DNA of 64,000 bases, from assembly GCA_964016885.1 (NCBI GenBank), contig OZ024742.1, positions 194,866,001 to 194,930,000 of the forward strand. The letters run 5' to 3'. Each line of letters begins with the position of its first letter. Position 1 is the first letter of the stretch. This stretch comes from Eledone cirrhosa. Lineage: Eukaryota. Shown here piece by piece: positions 58,531-64,000 of this stretch. The notes beneath the pieces are model-generated. The model saw only the letters and a program-made list of their open reading frames with translations, was not told where the DNA came from and ran no database searches. The position numbers and the translations under genes are program-made.

Positions 58531-58786
58531 CAGATATATAAAGAGTTGTTTAATATTACAATATTATTAAAAGTCAGGTAGATATTTAGAGTTCCTTATA
58601 TTTACTAAGATATTATAACAGAAATATATATCAAGGAGAGTTGTTAGAGTTTCGAATAAAATGCTTTTGCATATTCTTCCCTGCTCTCTTTACCCTACTA
58701 CTCATTTCAAAAGCCAACGACGTAAACACCGCTTTTATCCTTTCAAATTCTATAAACAGCATTGACCTTATTTCTTCTTCAACATC

Positions 58787-58858
<72 letters not shown>

Positions 58859-59329
58859 TCTCTCTCTCTCTCTGTTCTGGAAGGAATCGGATGCTTTCGA
58901 ACCTGGAGAGATGATGGGCTTCCTCGGAATTAAAATGCCCAAGACACACTGTATGCCACTGCGGCACCTATACGGCTCCATTAACAGTTATGTATACATA
59001 CGTATGTGTGTGTTTATATATGTATGCATGCGTGTTTTTATGGTTTATTATTTTTATTAATTTCTCCCCAATATATAGAGAAAGGAGTTTCTATCTAATC
59101 TAATCTATTCTAGCCGAGTTTACACTCGCAAATAAGAAGAACCAGGGCCGCCCCTTGGAGCATAGGATTTGGTGTACTTCATATTTGTTTCGGTTGCTGA
59201 ATACAATAAGGGGTCGCTGCTTCTCCTGAAGGTCAATAGTTCTCTTCTAGCTCGAGCGGGAGCGCCTTTCCATTGTCAATTTGGTTTTGATCATCTGCAA
59301 AGCCACATTGTTCTCTGAACCACTACACC

Positions 59330-59530
59330 AGTCTTTCGATGCGTGCAGCTGGAACTACTGCCACCCATTGATTTGGCAGAATCGCAGTTCATTTCTACAG
59401 CTGAGTAAAGTGGAGTAACGTGAAATAAAGTGTCTTGTTCAAGGATACAACACATCACCCGGTACGAGAATCGAACTCATAACCTTTCGAATGCAAGCCC
59501 AATTCTCTACCCACTGAGCTATGCGCCTTT
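59330..59530 (-). mobile_element. tRNA-derived SINE (family 2)
   Basis: ctacagctgagtaaagtggagtaacgtgaaataaagtgtcttgttcaagga...gagaatcgaactc...ccactgagctatgcgcct. Confidence 0.75.
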
Positions 59531-60922
59531 CTAACATAGAGCAAAATTCCTTCATTGGAACTTATTCATCAACTTGGTATTTATGTATTTGTCTGGGTGT
59601 GCGTGTTGGTATGTATATTATTGCGTGTGTGGATCTGTGTTTTGAGTAAAATGCGCACATATAGATATGTTCCTAATCAATACGCAATTATTGATTGCTA
59701 AATTTCTGGAATCTATATAGTCTCGGACCCCGCTTGATTTTGTTTTGTTTTTTCAGATTTTTTCCAACCTTCCCGCTTACTAAATTTTGCTAATCCATGT
59801 TAATTTTATTTTACGACGTAGCTTTCTTGTGACAATTAATTTTCTATGTTCATTAAAATACATTATACATGACAAAAAAGAACATTACAAGAAATTCCAT
59901 ACATTATAAAATAAATAGAATGGGTTGGGTCTCAATATGTAAACTAAAAGACTATTTCTGGGTTTTTTAAAAATCAAGGGAAACAACCTAGAAAAATTAC
60001 CGATTTTCAAACCCCCTATTATTTGGGACCCGAGAGTATGTATACAGAGACAGAGAAGATGAGGGAGGGCGAGAATCTGAGCGAGAAGGGAGGGGGAATG
60101 GAGTGAGAAAGATATCTATTCAAACAGTTTCCCACAGAAACTTGATTTCAGTTGTAGGAGTATACCCACCACATATTCTATCAAATTATTTAGTATTTAG
60201 TATTATTCGGAGTATAGGATTAACTGTCTCAATATTTGCTCTGTTTACATACGCCTCGAGTTCAACTCCCACCGAGGACAATTTTGTCTTTATACCATTT
60301 TGTTAAATTGACTTTACATTTATCATTTATTTCTTGGCGTAAAACTTTCGTCGCACTACTTGCGACCTGTTCACTGGCACAGTTTCATTGCAACACTTGC
60401 ACTTCATCCTATTCGGGAACTTAACAGGATTTCTTTTGTATATAAGTATGTGAATGTAACGTGCCTGTGTTTTAATCACTAAAATGACCCTTCCCGATGT
60501 AATTTTTTTCTTCAATATGTATTTTATTTCATCGCATGATATTTCATCGCATGATATTTTATTACAAATATCCTTTCTGGAACTGAGGGAAAATCAAAAC
60601 ACGTTATACTTCAACTATAAGAAGCCTTAAACACGTTTATTAAAGTATTCATCCCTGGTGGTAGGGTTTCAAATACCAGTACAGTATAAGGTTATTTCAT
60701 GTAGTTTCATTCACCTGATCATTACAGCTGTCGCCACTTCTATTCTGTTAGAACAAATTTATCACGCAAAACTATTCTTCAATTCGTTTCTCTATAAATT
60801 TATTAAAAGTTCTTATGATTAAATAATTTTTCTTTCCTGGAAACATGTTAGGTTTTGAATAGCAATGGCATTTACAATAGCTTTTCTGACAAATGCAAGT
60901 TATCTTTCATGTACTGCAATGT

Positions 60923-60983
60923 CTAAAGATCTGTACTTCTCACATCGTCACTAGCCATTTCCGTAGAGGATCCGGTATTTTGG
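60923..60983 (-). CDS. Possible terminal coding exon of an unidentified convergent gene
   Basis: Minus-strand acceptor attatttcttttttcag| followed by QNTGSSTEMASDDVRSTDL*, then non-repetitive AT-rich sequence with AATAAA. No partner exon seen. Confidence 0.2.
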
Positions 60984-61154
60984 CTGAAAAAAGAAATAAT
61001 TAGCAAACATGTAAATACACAATATTAAATAATATACGTACAACTACCACCCACACATGCACGTACAGATACACAAATGTATATATATATACATATATAA
61101 ATTTTAGCTCTAACATAGTTGTATACATTTATTTGAATTTCGTATATCTAATAA

Positions 61155-61335
61155 TTGCTTCAACTGTTGGCACAAGGCCAGCAATTAACCAGTGCATTAC
61201 TGGTACTTTATTTTATCGACCCCGTAAGTATGAAAGGCAAAGTTCACCTCGACAGGATTTGAACTGACACCGTAAAGTGGCGTAACTATGCTGGAAAGCA
61301 TAGCGTCCGACCCTCTACCGATACTGCCAATTCTA
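61155..61335 (-). mobile_element. tRNA-derived SINE (family 1)
   Basis: Reverse complement of the family 1 unit. Confidence 0.85.
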
Positions 61336-61379
61336 CAGGAAATTCCTATATATGTATATATGTGCGTATGTATATATAG

Positions 61380-61947
61380 GTAAGTATGTATGTATACGTA
61401 CATACATATATGTATACAGACGTACAGTAGCATGTATATATATATATATATACATACATACAGGCACACATATATATGTGTACGTATCAGTTTAGCGAAC
61501 ATTTATTATAATGTTCGCTTTGTTCGTTTGTAAACAAACGGACAGCTGATTTATGCCGTACGGTGTTAAGGCAACCACGTCACCTTTTTGTTCAACACTG
61601 ACACAGGAACGATGTACTAGTTTCAAGCTTGTTAGCTATCGTCAGCACCGTATACCCTTCTGCCAGATGGTTGAACGTTCGAAAGTATATACTTTCCTTA
61701 TGAAAATTAACGGCTGAGCAGCCTAATTTGCATATCGAGTGAGTTTAGTCGGCCAGGCACACCGAAAACGATAAAACGTACACATATATATGTGTGCCTG
61801 TATGTATGTATATATATATATACATGCTACTGTACGTCTGTATACGAATGAAATGAAATTTCATTTCTCACTCTTAGTACGGCACTTACTTAAATGTAAG
61901 TATGTATGTATACGTACATACATATATGTATACAGACGTACAGTAGC

Positions 61948-62036
<89 letters not shown>

Positions 62037-62527
62037 TATATACATACAGGCACACATATATATATGTACGTATCAGTTTAGCGAACATTTATTATAATGT
62101 TCGCTTTGTTCGTTTGTAAACAAACGGACAGCCTGATTTATGCCGTACGGTGTTAAGGCAACCACGTCACCTTTTTGTTCAACACTGACACAGGAACGAT
62201 GTACTAGTTTCAAGCTTGTTAGCTATCGTCAGCACCGTATACCCTTCTGCCAGATGGTTGAACGTTCGAAAGTATATACTTTCCTTATGAAAATTAACGG
62301 CTGAGCAGCCTAATTTGCATGTCGAGTGAGTTCAGTCGACCAGGCGCACCGAAAACGATAAAATGGAATAGAATGAAATGAAATTTCATTTCTCACTCTT
62401 AGTACGGCACTTACTTAAATGTAAGTATGTATGTATACGTACATACATATATGTATACACACGTACAGTAGCATTTAAGTAAGTGCCGTACTAAGAGTGA
62501 GAAATGAAATTTCATTTCATTCTATTC

Positions 62528-62535
<8 letters not shown>
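61380..62535 (-). mobile_element. Partial tandem array of a hammerhead-bearing non-coding unit (hammerheads at 61609-61651 and 62196-62238)
   Basis: Two near-identical direct copies plus short inverted end segments. Each reads ACGGTG-CTGACGA-t-AGCT-aaca-AGCT-t-GAAA-CTAG-TA-CATCGT on the minus strand. Confidence 0.82.
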
Positions 62536-62585
<50 letters not shown>

Positions 62586-63599
62586 ATATATATATATTTA
62601 TTAAAATAACAGAATAAAGTTTAAGCAAAGAATCGCTGCTTTCACCCTTAATGGGATCTTCTGAAACTAACAAAGTCAATCTGTAAACGCAGAAGTGGAT
62701 ATTTCAAAAAACGTTGCAACCGGAGGAAGACAGGAAGACGATACTTTGGTTCGTGGAAAAGTTCGCTGGCAAAGAACGGGGAAAAACGAATATAATACGT
62801 CATTAATAGGAGCGGTGAAAAACAATTACGCGCAAAGGCAGAACCACGTTTATGGTATAAAAGAGGTCGTAGACTAATGTTCTCTTAGGTGGTTCATAGA
62901 GACGTTCTCTGGCAATGAACGAAAAAAACGAAGATAGTACGTCATATGTGGAGCGTGGAGAACAATTGCACGCAAAGACAAAACCATGTAAATGGTATAG
63001 CAGAAGTCGTAGACTAAAATTCTAACTAGGAGACCGAATGAATCTCGGCTTCAGAGTTAGGAACAAAGTAAATAAATACAATACAGAGGTAATAGAAATT
63101 AATAAATACATACACGCATATAAATACGTACATACACAAGCATACGCGAAAACACTTACCATAGGTATACAAAACCACGCACATATAAATATATGTGTGT
63201 GTGTGTATGCGTGTATACAAATAAATAAATAATTAAATAAACGTATATAAATAAATAAATACGTATATAACAAGCGCACACACATACCTACATGTAAATA
63301 CACAAATGTTCGGAGACGTAAGTCAACCAAAACATGAAGTACACATATACACACACCCTACATACGTACGAACCAGCATACTCACACAGACGCAAAACTC
63401 CCGTATACACATAACCAAACCATATGTACCAGAATATATAAAATTATACGCCATAACATATATCAATCAAATATACGTACGAGAAGGTATACGTACCTTC
63501 ACAAAACATACAGGTAATATATACTTACCTATGCAAATAAGTAATGGTATAAACAAAACATATACTTAGCTACCACATCAAGACGAAAAATATCCACGT

Positions 63600-64000
63600 A
63601 TAGATCGTACTATCCGTTAGGGTATAACGTGGGGCTGTAATACAGCAAAGTGTTGTGCAATTTATGTTTACAAGCCGAAATTGCCTCAGATGTGGTCTGT
63701 GGCGTAAATATTTCCAGGGCCTCACCGGCGCAGAGGTCACATGGTCTTTTATTTCCGTTTTACGATCTAGCCCTAGCTAGGATCTCTCAGTGTAACTTAT
63801 ATTGGGTGTGGTTGTCTTTTAGACTCCAGATATAAGCTGAAAGTGACGTCATATTCCTTCTTAGAGGGTAACGAAAAGAATGGGTATGCATGTAAAGACG
63901 CTGCTTGAATCTATTGGCGGTTAACCCTATGTAGGCCCTACGGGACGTGGGTGTTTCAACCTTACATTTGTAGACAATGTTACTAGAGAGGCATTTCCCG
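63600..64000 (-). mobile_element. Decayed PLE GIY-YIG C-terminus (continues beyond the window)
   Basis: Manual translation: GKCLSSNIVYKCKVETPTSRRAYIGLTANRFKQRLYMHTHSF...TSLSAYIWSLKDNHTQYKLH*EILARARS*NGNKRPCDLCAGEALEIF. Confidence 0.85.

Noticed and set aside
58631-59060. ORFs on both strands spanning a (CT)n tract
   Set aside because: Length is inflated by the microsatellite, with no family motif or clear splice sites.
62808-63018. Two diverged ~70-bp direct repeats ~140 bp apart; also small tandem duplications at 20720-20830 and 43728-43793
   Set aside because: Ordinary local duplications with no evidence of function.
63726-63837. Apparent minus-strand exon (ttcag...gtgag)
   Set aside because: Stops in all three frames. 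The sequence is a decayed PLE GIY-YIG domain.

Overview
This is eukaryotic, very AT-rich, microsatellite-saturated DNA; the repeat landscape looks like a coleoid cephalopod (Octopus-like), which is an inference. The only confidently supported host gene is the 3' part of a class A neuropeptide GPCR of the orexin/allatotropin receptor family. It has three + strand coding exons (1148-1289 TM6, 9194-9306 TM7 with NPIIY, 17040-17203 helix 8/C-tail/stop) with consistent splice phases. The rest is intronic or intergenic and packed with mobile DNA: a near full-length frameshifted CR1-type LINE (PHD ORF1 + APE/RT ORF2), at least five Penelope-like element (PLE) remnants with GIY-YIG domains, an RTE fragment with a 5' inversion, a Helitron 3' end, an RLE-type non-LTR fragment and many tRNA-derived SINEs. 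The most striking signal is absent from the ORF track. The short unique-looking islands between (TA)n tracts are mostly 100-900 bp non-coding elements, often foldback inverted repeats, and together they carry roughly 25 type I hammerhead ribozyme motifs from at least 10 sequence families on both strands. These include intact cores, compensatory stem changes, a recurrent U3:A8 core variant and intact sense-strand copies inside the GPCR intron. Nearly all ORF-track entries are translated microsatellites. Coordinates were read by eye and element boundaries are approximate.
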